Part shown: one piece after another, positions 14,250-27,542 of the stretch
Layout: the number at the start of each line of letters is the position of its first letter
Numbering within the stretch: position 1 is the first letter of the stretch
DNA from: Eledone cirrhosa
Lineage: Eukaryota
Assembly (NCBI GenBank): GCA_964016885.1
Contig: OZ024765.1
Coordinates: 8,618,001-8,682,000, forward strand
DNA: 64,000 bases
Reading direction: 5' to 3'
Notes under the pieces: model-generated
Databases searched by the model: none
Told to the model about the DNA's origin: nothing
What the model saw: only the letters and a program-made list of their open reading frames with translations
Made by a program: the position numbers and the translations under genes

Positions 14250-14456
14250 CATATATTATATACGTAATAATGTGTGTGTGTCTGTGTGTATATATATATA
14301 TATACATATATATATAACCAAATGTTAATAAGATTCATTGATTACTCAATGAATATAGTTTTACAATAGATTCAAAGCACTCAACAAAGAAGTTTTCTGG
14401 AGTTAATATTATTCAAAATATTAATAAATGAAGACGTTCACATAATCAAAATATAT

Positions 14457-14520
14457 GTTTTATTATATATATTTCGGAGGTACTGTGCTGTTTTTTCAGT
14501 ATGTCCTCGTCAGATAAAAT
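14457..14520 (-). ncRNA. minimal hammerhead ribozyme at a PLE-like 3' end
   Basis: TTTTAT-CTGACGA-GGA CA TACTG..CAGTA CC TCC-GAAAT ATAT AT A-ATAAAA. Confidence 0.75.
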
Positions 14521-14654
14521 ACGTGAATTGATGTATGACATACCTCAACTCTCTTTATGGTTCAATTCCAGTCTTGCCAAGGAAACATTCACAAATATTG
14601 TTCTGTTCCTTTCTCGATCATACACAGTCCTCCCACAATCACTGGTATTGTAAC

Positions 14655-14752
14655 GGCCTAACTTTGCCTTTCATCCTTACGGGGTCAATAAAATAAAATA
14701 CCAGTAATACACTGGGGTAATTGCTGGCCTTGTGCCAAAAGTAGAAACAATT
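14655..14752 (+). mobile_element. SINE 3' part (Nin/Deu-like family)
   Basis: same block as 1407 and 60325, (ATT)n tail. Confidence 0.7.
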
Positions 14753-14877
14753 ATTATTATCATTATTATTATTGTTATTATTTGAGTCTCAGTAATTGAA
14801 GTTGTTGAACTGGAAAGTTTGTTGAAATGAACATCAAGCCGCTACCTGCAGCCTCAGATATCCGGGATGTATCGGGC

Positions 14878-15425
14878 CCAACCTCGACCCAACCCCGACC
14901 CAACCCCGACCCCCAACCCAACCCCGACCCAACCTCAACCCAGCCTCGACCCAACCCAGACCCAGCCTCGACCCAGCCTCGACCCCAACCCAACCCCGAC
15001 CCAACCTCAACCCAGCCTCGACCCAACCCAGACCCAGCCTTGACCCAGCCTCGACCCCAACCCAACCCCGACCCAACCTCAACCCAGCCTCGACCCAACC
15101 CAGACCCAGCCTCGACCCAGACTCGACCCCAACCCCGACCCAACCTCAACCCAGCCTCGACCCAACCCAGACCCAGCCTCGACCCAGCCTCGACCCCCAA
15201 CCCAACCCCGACCCAACCTCAACCCAGCCTCGACCCAACCCAGACCCAGCCTCGACCCAGCCTCGACCCCAACCCAACCCCGACCCAACCTCAACCCAGC
15301 CTCGACCCCAACCCAGACCCAGCCTCGACCCAGCCTCGACCCCCAACCCAACCCCGACCCAACCTCAACCCAGCATCGACCCAACCCTGCCCCAACCCCC
15401 ACCCAGCCCCGACCCAACCCCGCCA
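14878..15425. repeat. C-rich minisatellite built from CCCAA/CCCGA/CCCAG/CTCGA motifs, ~72-bp higher-order unit
   Basis: repeating CTCGACCCAACCCAGACCCAGC; reading frame shifts between units. Confidence 0.9.
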
Positions 15426-15512
15426 AACCCTTGCTAACAGGGGAAACAGATGGGAAACTATGATGGTAATGTTTGATGACATACATCGTGGCATGGGGAG
15501 GGCACCACCTAT

Positions 15513-15598
<86 letters not shown>

Positions 15599-15725
15599 AA
15601 AGTTCTATTTAAAATTGTTGGGATACAACAAGTAAATATTTTATAACTGATATAAAGCACTCAACAAGTTTTGGAGTAGATATACGATATTAATAAATGG
15701 AAACTATATTTATAAAACCATATTT

Positions 15726-15789
15726 ATTTCATTATACATATTTCAGGGATACCAAATTAAAATATGGTGTGCCTTCATCAGACAAAATA
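15726..15789 (-). ncRNA. minimal hammerhead ribozyme (left arm of palindrome)
   Basis: inverted copy of 15987-16051. Confidence 0.65.
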
Positions 15790-15986
15790 CAATATATAAA
15801 CAGTTTTATAAATAATTTTGACGTACCCTATTAAATGCAACCATTATTTTTGGAAGCTGTCTGGATAGTCTATCCAGACAGCTTCCAAAAATAATGGTCT
15901 GGATAGACTATCCAGACAGCTTCCAAAAATAATGGTTGCATTTAATAGGGTACGTCAAAATTATTTATAAAACTGTTTATATATTG

Positions 15987-16051
15987 TATTTTGTCTGATG
16001 AAGGCATACCATATTTTAATTTGGTATCCCTGAAATATGTATAATGAAATA
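15987..16051 (+). ncRNA. minimal hammerhead ribozyme
   Basis: ATTTTGT-CTGATGA-AGG C ATACCA..TGGTAT C CCT-GAAAT ATGT AT A-ATGAAAT. Confidence 0.7.
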
Positions 16052-16090
16052 AATATGGTTTTATAAATATAGTTTCCATTTATTAATATC

Positions 16091-16126
<36 letters not shown>

Positions 16127-16132
<6 letters not shown>

Positions 16133-17110
16133 GCGTAGATAACAACGTAGGCAGCAACAATGATAGCCTTACCGTGGGAAATGGATGGATCCGCGACAGA
16201 AATTGCAACTGCCGCGACAGAGGACGCTGCCCTCTTAGAGGATACTGCTTGACTGATAGGGTTATATATAGATGCCCTGTAACTAGCCACAATAGCATTA
16301 AACATTATATAGGGGCTACCTCCGGCCCATTCAAAATTAGGTTTCGAACACATCTCCACTCTTTCACAAATAAGAAATTAAGACACTCCACTTCGCTCGC
16401 GGACTACATCACATCATTAAAGGAATTAAACATCAGCTTCTCCACGCACTGGGATATTTTCGGCAGGCTGCACCGTGCAACTTCAAGAGGAAGTGCGATC
16501 TTTGTCTCATGGAGCTCTACCACATCATAACTTCACCCCACGAGCTCATCAACAGCAGAGCTGAAACAGCGATAATTTGTACACATCGCTTAAAAATATC
16601 CTTCTTCAGATGGGTTAAGGATGAGGAGTGAAACCGTGCACTGGATCTCCCTGCAAAAAGTTTTAACACCCGGGTGGGCAGGCGCTGCAAAATAACACCT
16701 AGGAAACTAACCATGCATACCAAACAGGTGCGGAAAACAAACGTCTCAAAATAAGCGATGGTTACATGACCCTGTGCGTATCGACAATGGTAAGGTTGTA
16801 ACCACATCTTGTAACGGATAAAAATTTGTCCGGGAAAGACTGCCCTAACACCAGCCAGAGTTACCTCCCTTGACCTGCTGCAAAATCAAAACACGCTATT
16901 TTTGTGAGCAATGAATCTTGACGTGAACTTAACCCCCAAAACTCTTTCCGAGCAATGTAAGGAACACTTTTGGTTATTTATGCCCTTGAGAAGCCCAACT
17001 GGGCGAAACGTACGTAGGTGCTGTTTTAAATAAACATGTTTTAACGGTCTATTCTCCGATTTCTTACTTTCCAACGTGCTTAAGCTCTGCTAACTCTCTA
17101 GCCCACTAAA
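16127..17110 (+). mobile_element. Penelope-like element 3' fragment (GIY-YIG endonuclease plus pLTR with U3-A8 hammerhead-like motif at 16983-17019)
   Basis: CNCRDRGRCPLRGYC..VIY..HYIGATSGPFKIRFRTH..SLA; downstream TTGAGAA-GCCC AACT GGGC-GAAAC GTAC GTA. Confidence 0.85.
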
Positions 17111-17260
17111 TATTAACACTTCGAATATTTAATACTGCCGGCACTAGTATCGAGCACCTTTGGCATACGCTACTTAGCAAATAACTATATGTATCACCTA
17201 TCCTCCCCTTTTTTTCTCTCTCTCGATACGTAAATACTGTATTATATATATATATATATA

Positions 17261-17696
17261 TACTTGGGGAGGGTCATATTGTTGTAATAATATTGCCAGA
17301 ATTAATAACAGAACACAGTCACACAAACATGAACACACATCAAACACTATACACACACGCAAACACGTGCGCAGAGAAGAAGACAAAAGTAAATAAATAA
17401 ACAGATTAAATAAAGATGGCGTAGACATACAATACAACAGGAGGAAACATAATAGCACCACTGACGATGTTGCAGATGTGCAACAAAAGAACTTTGTTAG
17501 ACTATATATATGTGTTTGTGTCTATATTATATCTGTATTTTTGACCGTTGGTCAGTCAATGGCAACATTGAGGACCGAATAAATTAACTGTGGAGATATA
17601 AAAGATACAGAAGCAAAAACCAACCAAATAGTGACTGTGTTCTGTTATTAATTCTGGCAATATTATTACAACAATATGACCCTCCCCAAGTATAAC
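17261..17696 (+). mobile_element. PLE-derived pLTR element with ~60-bp inverted terminal copy
   Basis: TACTTGGGGAGGGTCAT... / ...ATGACCCTCCCCAAGTA; body resembles 34130-34510; degenerate CTGACGA-TGTTGCA..TGCAACA hammerhead. Confidence 0.7.
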
Positions 17697-17703
17697 AATA
17701 TAT

Positions 17704-17755
<52 letters not shown>

Positions 17756-17815
17756 ATATATTGTTATAATTCGGTCCTCAATGTTTACCTTTGACTGACA
17801 TACATATATATATAC

Positions 17816-17858
<43 letters not shown>

Positions 17859-17862
17859 TATG

Positions 17863-17954
<92 letters not shown>

Positions 17955-17967
17955 CATATATATATAC

Positions 17968-18010
<43 letters not shown>

Positions 18011-18040
18011 TATGTATATATATATATGTATATATATATA

Positions 18041-18085
<45 letters not shown>

Positions 18086-18100
18086 GTATATATACATATG

Positions 18101-18145
<45 letters not shown>

Positions 18146-18228
18146 GTTATTCCGGGTTGAATCGGAGGTAACCACAGTAAGTAAGGTACTCAATACATAG
18201 CAGAGTATAACAGTTTTAATATAGATGA

Positions 18229-18328
18229 GATTCTACAGGACTAGAACTGTTTCATTCATTTGAAATCATCAGGAATCATGATTCCTGATGATTTCAAATG
18301 AATGAAACAGTTCTAGTCCTGTAGAATC
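18229..18328. ncRNA. two perfect head-to-head hammerhead ribozymes (palindrome centred on CATG at 18277-18280)
   Basis: GATTC-CTGATGA-T TTCA AA TGAA T-GAA ACAG TTCTAGTC CTGT A-GAATC on plus and its exact reverse complement on minus. Confidence 0.8.
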
Positions 18329-18341
18329 TCATCTATATTAA

Positions 18342-18388
<47 letters not shown>

Positions 18389-18390
18389 GA

Positions 18391-18442
<52 letters not shown>

Positions 18443-18544
18443 GATATATATATATACACACACTGAGAACACTTTATCTTCAACAAATAATTAAGGACTG
18501 ACATCAGCTCTACTTAAACAAGCAATGTTAATGGTGGGGAAGGG

Positions 18545-18850
18545 GGGGGGGGGGTAGTGGCAGTGGTGGTAGTAGTGGAGGTGGTAGTGGTGGTAGTGGT
18601 GGAGGTGGTGGTGGTGGTGGACACATGGCAACCTGCTCCTGTCACCTAATACCATATACCCAGGAGGCACCACCAGTGTGATATGGTTGTGTGGTGGTGG
18701 TGGTGGTGTGGCGGTGTGATATGGCTGTGTGGTGGTGGTGTGGGTGGTGGTGGTGTGGTGTGGTGTGGTGGTGGTGTGGTGGCCGTGTGGTGTTATGGTG
18801 TCGTGTGGTGTGGTGGTGTGGTGGTGTGGTGTGGTGGTGGTGTGGTGGGC
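18545..18850. repeat. (GGT)n/(GTGTG)n G-rich simple repeats
   Basis: direct inspection. Confidence 0.9.
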
Positions 18851-19291
18851 TTGGTTGATGGCTTTAAAATTAAGGAATTTCACAGATGATAAGAATTATA
18901 TATATATATCCATATATATATATATATATACCTATATATATATACTATATATATATATATATATTATATACTATATATATATATATATGTAGATAAATCT
19001 GCCAAAATAAACGGTAGTGTCCAATCCGTATGAAGAACTCAATATAATCCAAATATAGAAGATTTCATGAAAAAAGATGCATTCAAAATTTAACGATAAA
19101 AATCATAGAAAATTAATAAAAATAGATAAATTAAAATAGATAAATTAATAAAAACAATGAAATAAAAACAAAGAACAGGTTCCTTATATTGAAAAAAATA
19201 TTTTTCAATATAAGGAACCTGTTTTCTGTTTTTCTCCAGAGAACTTGTATTTTTTCCGGGTATGTCAATATTTATTTATAAAACAAATCTG

Positions 19292-19357
19292 TATTTTATC
19301 TGATGAAAGCGCACCATAATTTGCCTTGGTTGCCCTTGAAATATATATAATAAAATA
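19292..19357 (+). ncRNA. minimal hammerhead ribozyme
   Basis: TATTTTAT-CTGATGA-AAG C GCA..TGC C CTT-GAAAT ATAT AT A-ATAAAATA; perfect 8-bp stem I. Confidence 0.75.
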
Positions 19358-19830
19358 ATTATGGTTTTATAAATATAGTTTCCATTTATTAATATATTGA
19401 ATATTTACTCCACTAACATGTTGAATGCTTTATATCAGTTATAAAAATTTTAAAACTTGTTGAATCCCAACAAATTAAATATAACCTCTGCATCCATGTT
19501 TATATATATATTAGAAAGTGAGGTTTTTTTACAAAATGAAAAATAACTGAGGTCTCCTACACGAGTGAAAGTATAAAGAAAAAAAAGATGAAATCGAAAA
19601 TGCAACTGGAGTCTTATTTTTAAGAAACGATAAATGGAATAAATGAAACGAAATTTCATTTCTCACTCTTAGTACGGCACTTATATAAATGTTTCATTCT
19701 ATTCCATTTATCGTTTTTGGTGTGCCCGGCCGACTGAACTCACTCGATATGCAAATTAGGTTGCTCAACCGTTAATATGCATAAGGAAAGTATATACTTT
19801 CAGACGTTCAACCATCTGGCAGGAAGGTAT

Positions 19831-19873
19831 ACGATGCTGACGATAGCTAATAAGCTTGAAACTAGTACATCGT
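19831..19873 (+). ncRNA. minimal hammerhead ribozyme
   Basis: ACGATG-CTGACGA-T AGCT AATA AGCT T-GAAAC TA GT A-CATCGT. Confidence 0.8.
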
Positions 19874-20003
19874 TCCTGTGTCAGTGTTGAACAAAAAGGT
19901 GACGTGGTTGCCTAAACACTGTACAGCGTAATTCGGGCTGTTTGTTTGTTTACAAACAAACAAACCGAACATTATAATAAATGTTCGGTAAACCGATACG
20001 TGC

Positions 20004-20034
<31 letters not shown>

Positions 20035-20108
20035 CATGTATGTATATATATACATACTACTGTATGTCTGTATACATATATGTATGTACATATACATACA
20101 TACCTACT

Positions 20109-20150
<42 letters not shown>

Positions 20151-20151
<1 letters not shown>

Positions 20152-20497
20152 GGAGGCATATGGCTTAGTGGTTAGAGCATTGGCCTTGCAATCGAAAGGT
20201 TGTGAGTTCAATTCTCAGACCGGGTGATGTGTTGTTTCCATGAGCAAGACACTTTATTTCACATTGCTCCAGTTTACTCAGCTGTAGAAATGAGATGATA
20301 GGGACTGGGGTCCCTATCATTCCACTGCAAAGTGGTCGTGTAGGTGCCACGGCAAAAAAGCACCCAGCACTCACTGTAAATGAGGTTGGTGTTAGGAAGG
20401 ACATCCAGCTGTAGAAATCAAGCCAGAATCAGTTCCCATCCCACCCTTGCAAGCAGGGAAAAGCGGACGTAAAATGAAATGATGATGATGATGATGA
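20151..20497 (+). mobile_element. full-length tRNA-derived SINE
   Basis: A/B boxes, core, RTE-like tail, (GAT)n end; flanked by (TA)n. Confidence 0.92.
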
Positions 20498-20557
20498 TAT
20501 ATATATATATATACAGCTACACACACATATATATATGTATATATATACATATATATG

Positions 20558-20591
<34 letters not shown>

Positions 20592-20798
20592 TACTGTATA
20601 TACATCTATACATATGCAATGTATATATATATACATATACATTGCATATGTATAGATGCATGCATACTTATATATATATATAAATATATGTGTCTTTGTG
20701 TATATATATATATATATATATACACACAGACATGTATATATATATATATATACACACACACCCATATATATATATATATAAATATATGTGTCTGTGTG

Positions 20799-20830
<32 letters not shown>

Positions 20831-20834
20831 GACA

Positions 20835-20879
<45 letters not shown>

Positions 20880-21562
20880 GTATACATGTGTGTGTACATA
20901 TATACACACATGTATATACATATGTGTGTATATATATATATACACACATATGTATACAAGCAATATATATCCCATAAATCATATCTTTTACCTCCTACCC
21001 ACCGCCTTGATTACCATCTGTTTTGGAGGGGTATGTAGGTAGTGGTGGTGGTGGTGGGGGGACAGGATTCCATTCACGGAGCCCCCCACCTCCTGCCACT
21101 CAACCCCTCCTATCTTTTACCTCCCACCACCTCTCAGCTTCCACCTCTCACCTCCCGTCTTCCCCTCCCTCATCTCACCTCCCCCACCTCTCACAGCCCG
21201 TTCTGCCACACCTCCAACCTGCCCCACCCATCCTATACCCCCCTCCCACCCATATACAACTCTCACCCACCCCCTCCCTCTCCCCGTAACTTCATTTCAC
21301 AGCTGACTGCCCTCCCACCCTCCCCCACCTCTCCCTCCAACTCAATATATTAACTCTTCCTGAATATTTTTATATTATATGACACTTCATACAAACAACC
21401 ACCACACCACCTCCCTGCCCCGGGGAGGGGGCGGAGTATTCGTGACTGGAGGGGGAGAGGTGGGGGAATGGAAGTGATGGGGAGAGGTGGTGGTGTGGTG
21501 GGGGAAGGCAGGACTGTACATGTAAGGTTTGTAAAATCTTCACACCCATCTTTTCAACTTCA

Positions 21563-24500
21563 ACACCACATTACACCACACCACACTACACTACACCACA
21601 CCACACCACACTACACTACACCACACCACACCACACTACACTACACCACACCACAGTATACTACACCACACCACACCACACCACACTACACTACACCACA
21701 CCACACCACACTACACTACACCACACCACACCACACTACACTACACCACACCACACCACACTACACTACACCACACCACATTACACTACACCACACCACA
21801 CCACACCACACTACACTACACCACACCACACTACACCACACCACACCACACTACACTACACCACACCACACCACACTACACTACACCACACCACAGTACA
21901 CTACACCACACCACACCACACCACACTACACCACACCACACCACACCACACTACACTACACCACACCACACCACACTACACTACACCACACCACAGTACA
22001 CTACACCACACCACACCACACCACACTACACTACACCACACCACACCACACTACACTACACCACACCACACTACACTACACCACACCACAGTACACTACA
22101 CCACACCACACTACACTACACCACACCACACTACACTACACCACACCACACTACACCACACCACACTACACCACACCACACTACACTACACCACACCACA
22201 GTACACTACACCACACCACACCACACCACACCACACTACATTACACTACACTACACCACACTACACCACACTACACTACACTACATTACACTACACCACA
22301 CTACACCACACCACACTACATTACACTACACTACACTACACCACACTACACTACACTACACTACACTACATTACACTACACCACACTACACTACACCACA
22401 CTACACCACACTACACTACACTACACTACAATACACTACACTACAATACATTACGCTACACTACACTACAGTACAATACACTACACCACACTACACCACA
22501 CTACAGTACACCACACCACACCACTCTACACCACACCACACCACACTACAATACATTACACTACACCACACCACACCACACTACAGTACAGTACACCACA
22601 CCACATTACACCACACCACACCACACCACACCACACTACATTACACTACACTATATCACACTACACCACACCACACTACACTACACTACACTACATTACA
22701 CTACACCACACTACACCACACCACACTACATTACACTACACTACACTACACCACACTACACTACACTACACTACATTACACTACACCACACTACACCACA
22801 CCACACTACATTACACTACACTACACTACACCACACTACACTACACCACACTACACCACACTACACTACACTACACTACAATACACTACACTACAATACA
22901 TTACGCTACACTACAGTACAATACACTACACCACACTACACCACACTACAGTACACCACACCACACCACACCACACCACTCTACACCACACCACACCACA
23001 CTACAATACATTACACTACACCACACCACACCACACTACACTACAGTACACTACACCACACCACATTACACCACACCACACCACACTACAGTACACTACA
23101 CCACACTACACCACACTACACTACACCACACCACACCACACCACACCACACCACACCACACCACACCACACCACACTACACTACACTACACCACACTACA
23201 TTACACTATACCACACTACACCACACCACACCACACCACACCACACTACACTACACCACACTACACCACACTACACCACACCACACTACACCACACCACA
23301 CTACACCACACCACACTACACTACACCACACCACACTACATTACACTACACTATGCCATACTACACCACACCATACCACACCACACTACACTACACCACA
23401 CTACACCACACCACACCACATTACACTACACTATGCCACACTACACTACACCACACCACACCACACTACACTACACCACACCACAGTACACTACACCACA
23501 CCACACCACACCACACTACACTACACCACACCACACCACACTACACTACACCACACCACACTACACTACACCACACCACAGTACACTACACCACACCACA
23601 CTACACTACACCACACCACACTACACTACACCACACCACACTACACCACACCACACTACACCACACCACACTACACTACACCACACCACAGTACACTACA
23701 CCACACCACACCACACCACACCACACTACATTACACTACACTACACCACACTACACCACACTACACTACACTACACTACATTACACTACACCACACTACA
23801 CCACACCACACTACATTACACTACACTACACTACACCACACTACACTACACTACACTACACTACATTACACTACACCACACTACACTACACCACACTACA
23901 CCACACTACACTACACTACACTACAATACACTACACTACAATACATTACGCTACACTACACTACAGTACAATACACTACACCACACTACACCACACTACA
24001 GTACACCACACCACACCACTCTACACCACACCACACCACACTACAATACATTACACTACACCACACCACACCACACTACAGTACAGTACACCACACCACA
24101 TTACACCACACCACACCACACCACACCACACTACATTACACTACACTATATCACACTACACCACACCACACTACACTACACTACACTACATTACACTACA
24201 CCACACTACACCACACCACACTACATTACACTACACTACACTACACCACACTACACTACACTACACTACATTACACTACACCACACTACACCACACCACA
24301 CTACATTACACTACACTACACTACACCACACTACACTACACCACACTACACCACACTACACTACACTACACTACAATACACTACACTACAATACATTACG
24401 CTACACTACAGTACAATACACTACACCACACTACACCACACTACAGTACACCACACCACACCACACCACACCACTCTACACCACACCACACCACACTACA

Positions 24501-25760
24501 ATACATTACACTACACCACACCACACCACACTACACTACAGTACACTACACCACACCACATTACACCACACCACACCACACTACAGTACACTACACCACA
24601 CTACACCACACTACACTACACCACACCACACCACACCACACCACACCACACCACACCACACCACACCACACTACACTACACTACACCACACTACATTACA
24701 CTATACCACACTACACCACACCACACCACACCACACCACACTACACTACACCACACTACACCACACTACACCACACCACACTACACCACACCACACTACA
24801 CCACACCACACTACACTACACCACACCACACTACATTACACTACACTATGCCATACTACACCACACCATACCACACCACACTACACTACACCACACTACA
24901 CCACACCACACCACATTACACTACACTATGCCACACTACACTACACAACACCACACCACACCACACTACACCACACTACACTACACCACACTACACTACA
25001 CTATACTACACTACACTATATTACACTACACCACACTACACTACACTACACCACACTACACTACACTACACTACACTATATTACACTACACCACACTCCA
25101 CTCCACTACACCACACTACACTACACTACTCGACACTACACTACATCACACCACACTACATTACACTACACTACACTACACGACACTACACTACACTACA
25201 CTACACTACACTACACTACACTACACTACACTACACTACACTACACTACACTATCCCACACTACACTACACCACACCACACTACATTATACTACACTATG
25301 CCATACTACACCACACCACACCACACCACACTACACCACACTAAACCACACCACACCACACCACATTACACTACACTATGCCACACTACACTACACAACA
25401 CCACACTACACTACACTACACTACACTACACTACACCACACCACACCACACTACACCACACTACATTACACTACACTACACTACACTACACTACACTACA
25501 CTACACTACACTAGACTACACTATGCCACACTACACTCCACTCCACTACACTACACTGCACCACACCACACCACACCACACCACACTACTCGACACTACA
25601 CTACATTACACTACACTACACTACACCACACCACACCACACCACACTACTCGACACTACACTACACTACACTACACTACACTACACTACACTACACTACA
25701 CTACACTACACTACACTACACTACACTACACTACACTACACCACACTACACTACACCACA
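21563..25760. repeat. 4.2-kb pentamer satellite (ACACC/ACACT)n with higher-order duplications
   Basis: pentamer array; rare variants recur 1495 bp apart (CTATATCACA 22651/24146; CTATGCCATA 23351/24846). Confidence 0.95.
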
Positions 25761-25964
25761 GATAGATCAAGGGAGAGATAGAGAGAGAGTGAGTGAGAGA
25801 TAGAGAGTGAGTGAGAGATAGAGAGAGATTGAGTGAGAGATAGAGAGTGAGTGAGTGAGAGATAGAGAGAGAGTGAGTGAGAGATAGAGAGAGAGTGAGA
25901 TGTTTGACACCTACTTACAAGTTAACAAGTGATACAGACTGTGAGATGATGAACTGACACCTCC

Positions 25965-26223
25965 GCCACCCCGGCCCTCATCCTCCACCCCGTCCACCAC
26001 CACCACCCCGGCCCTCCTCCACCAGCCCGGCCCACCTCCACCCCGGCCCACCTCCACCACCCCGGCCCTCCTCCACCACCCTGGCCCTGCTCCACCACCC
26101 CGGCCCACCTCCACCACCCAGGCCCTCCTCCACCACCCTGGCCCTGCTCCACCACCCTGGCCCACCTCCACCACCCAGGCCCTCCTCACCCGTCTCAGTG
26201 GCCACCTCACCACCACCTCCACC
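25965..26223. repeat. GC-rich ~19-bp minisatellite
   Basis: unit (T/C/A)GGCCCTCCTCCACCACCC. Confidence 0.85.
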
Positions 26224-26640
26224 AAATATCAGCTGATCTGTAGCTACTGCTGAGGAACAGCTGTTTTCCCTGCCAAACTATCTCCACCACTCTACACCAA
26301 CCACCGCTCCACACTACACCGTTCTACTCCACCCTACACTCCACCTGGCAGACAGAAGACAAATTTTATGATATATTGCTCTTCTGTCACTAGTTGGTGT
26401 CAGTCATTTGGTTGAGGCCATGCTGGAGCAAAACCACATTCAACCAAAATAAAGAGAAAGACATTTTCAGAAGCAATTCCTCTTTCAATCGTTAGCATTT
26501 AAACCGGCTGTATCCGGCCAGAATTTTCTCACCTCTTCTGTTCAAACCAGCTGTAACCAGCCACTCATATCTATGTTAAGGTGTTGCCCTCAAAATAAAT
26601 AACAAAACCTCGTAGCTTCAATATTAGGTGAGGAAAAACC

Positions 26641-27321
26641 TTTACTGTGAAAATACAATAGTATATATAGAGTAATGTAAATGTTATGTGAGATATTATG
26701 TGAAGTAAAGCCTTTACTGTGAAAATATAATAGTATATATAGAGTAATGTAAATGTTATGTGAGATATTATGTGAAGTAAAGCCTTTAATGTGAAAATAC
26801 AATAGTATATATAGAGTAATGTAAATGTTATGTGAGATATTATGTGAGATAAAGCCTTTACTGTGAAAATACAATAGTATATATAGAGTAATGTAAATGT
26901 TATGTGAGATATTATGTGAGGTAAAACCTTTACTGTGAAAATACAATAGTATATATAGAGTAATGTAAATGTTATGTGAGATATTATGTGAGATAAAGCC
27001 TTTACTGTGAAAATACAATAGTATATATAGAGTAATGTAAATGTTATGTGAGATATTATGTGAGATAAAGCCTTTACTGTGAAAATACAATAGTATATAT
27101 AGAGTAATGTAAATGTTATGTGAGATATTATGTGAGATAAAGCCTTTACTGTGAAAATACAATAGTATATATAGAGTAATGTAAATGTTATGTGAGATAT
27201 TATGTGAGGTAAAGCCTTTACTGTGAAAATACAATAGTATATATAGAGTAATGTAAATGTTATGTGAGATATTATGTGAAGTAAAGCCTTTACTGTGAAA
27301 ATACAATAGTATATATAGAGT
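26641..27321. repeat. 72-bp minisatellite, ~9.5 copies (left of LINE)
   Basis: TTTACTGTGAAAATACAATAGTATATATAGAGTAATGTAAATGTTATGTGAGATATTATGTGAGGTAAAGCC. Confidence 0.95.
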
Positions 27322-27542
27322 GGTTTCTTTATTTGCCACTAGGGCACAAAAGGGGGGAAGTTTACATATAATTAACGAGTACAAAAATATAACAATGAAA
27401 TAACAACAACAAACGAAGTCCTCAATAGGGAGGGGGCATTAACATGGGTCGCACACACCCCGGAAAAAAATGTGTAACCCTTCTCCTCAGGAGCACAAAG
27501 AGTAGGTGCCTCCCTCGTCTCCTCTTTTTCCTCTTCTTTTAC

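Noticed and set aside
14827-15612. Proline-rich protein or telomeric repeat
   Set aside because: Frame shifts between units, the ORF runs into (TA)n, and there are no exact TTAGGG repeats.
21468-25514. 1348-aa His/Thr/Tyr-rich ORF
   Set aside because: Translation of a pentamer satellite that lacks stops by composition; overlapping frames are equally open.
25911-26225. Proline- or glycine-rich exon
   Set aside because: The 19-bp period breaks frame; only a lone minus-strand donor-like GTAAGT near 25918.
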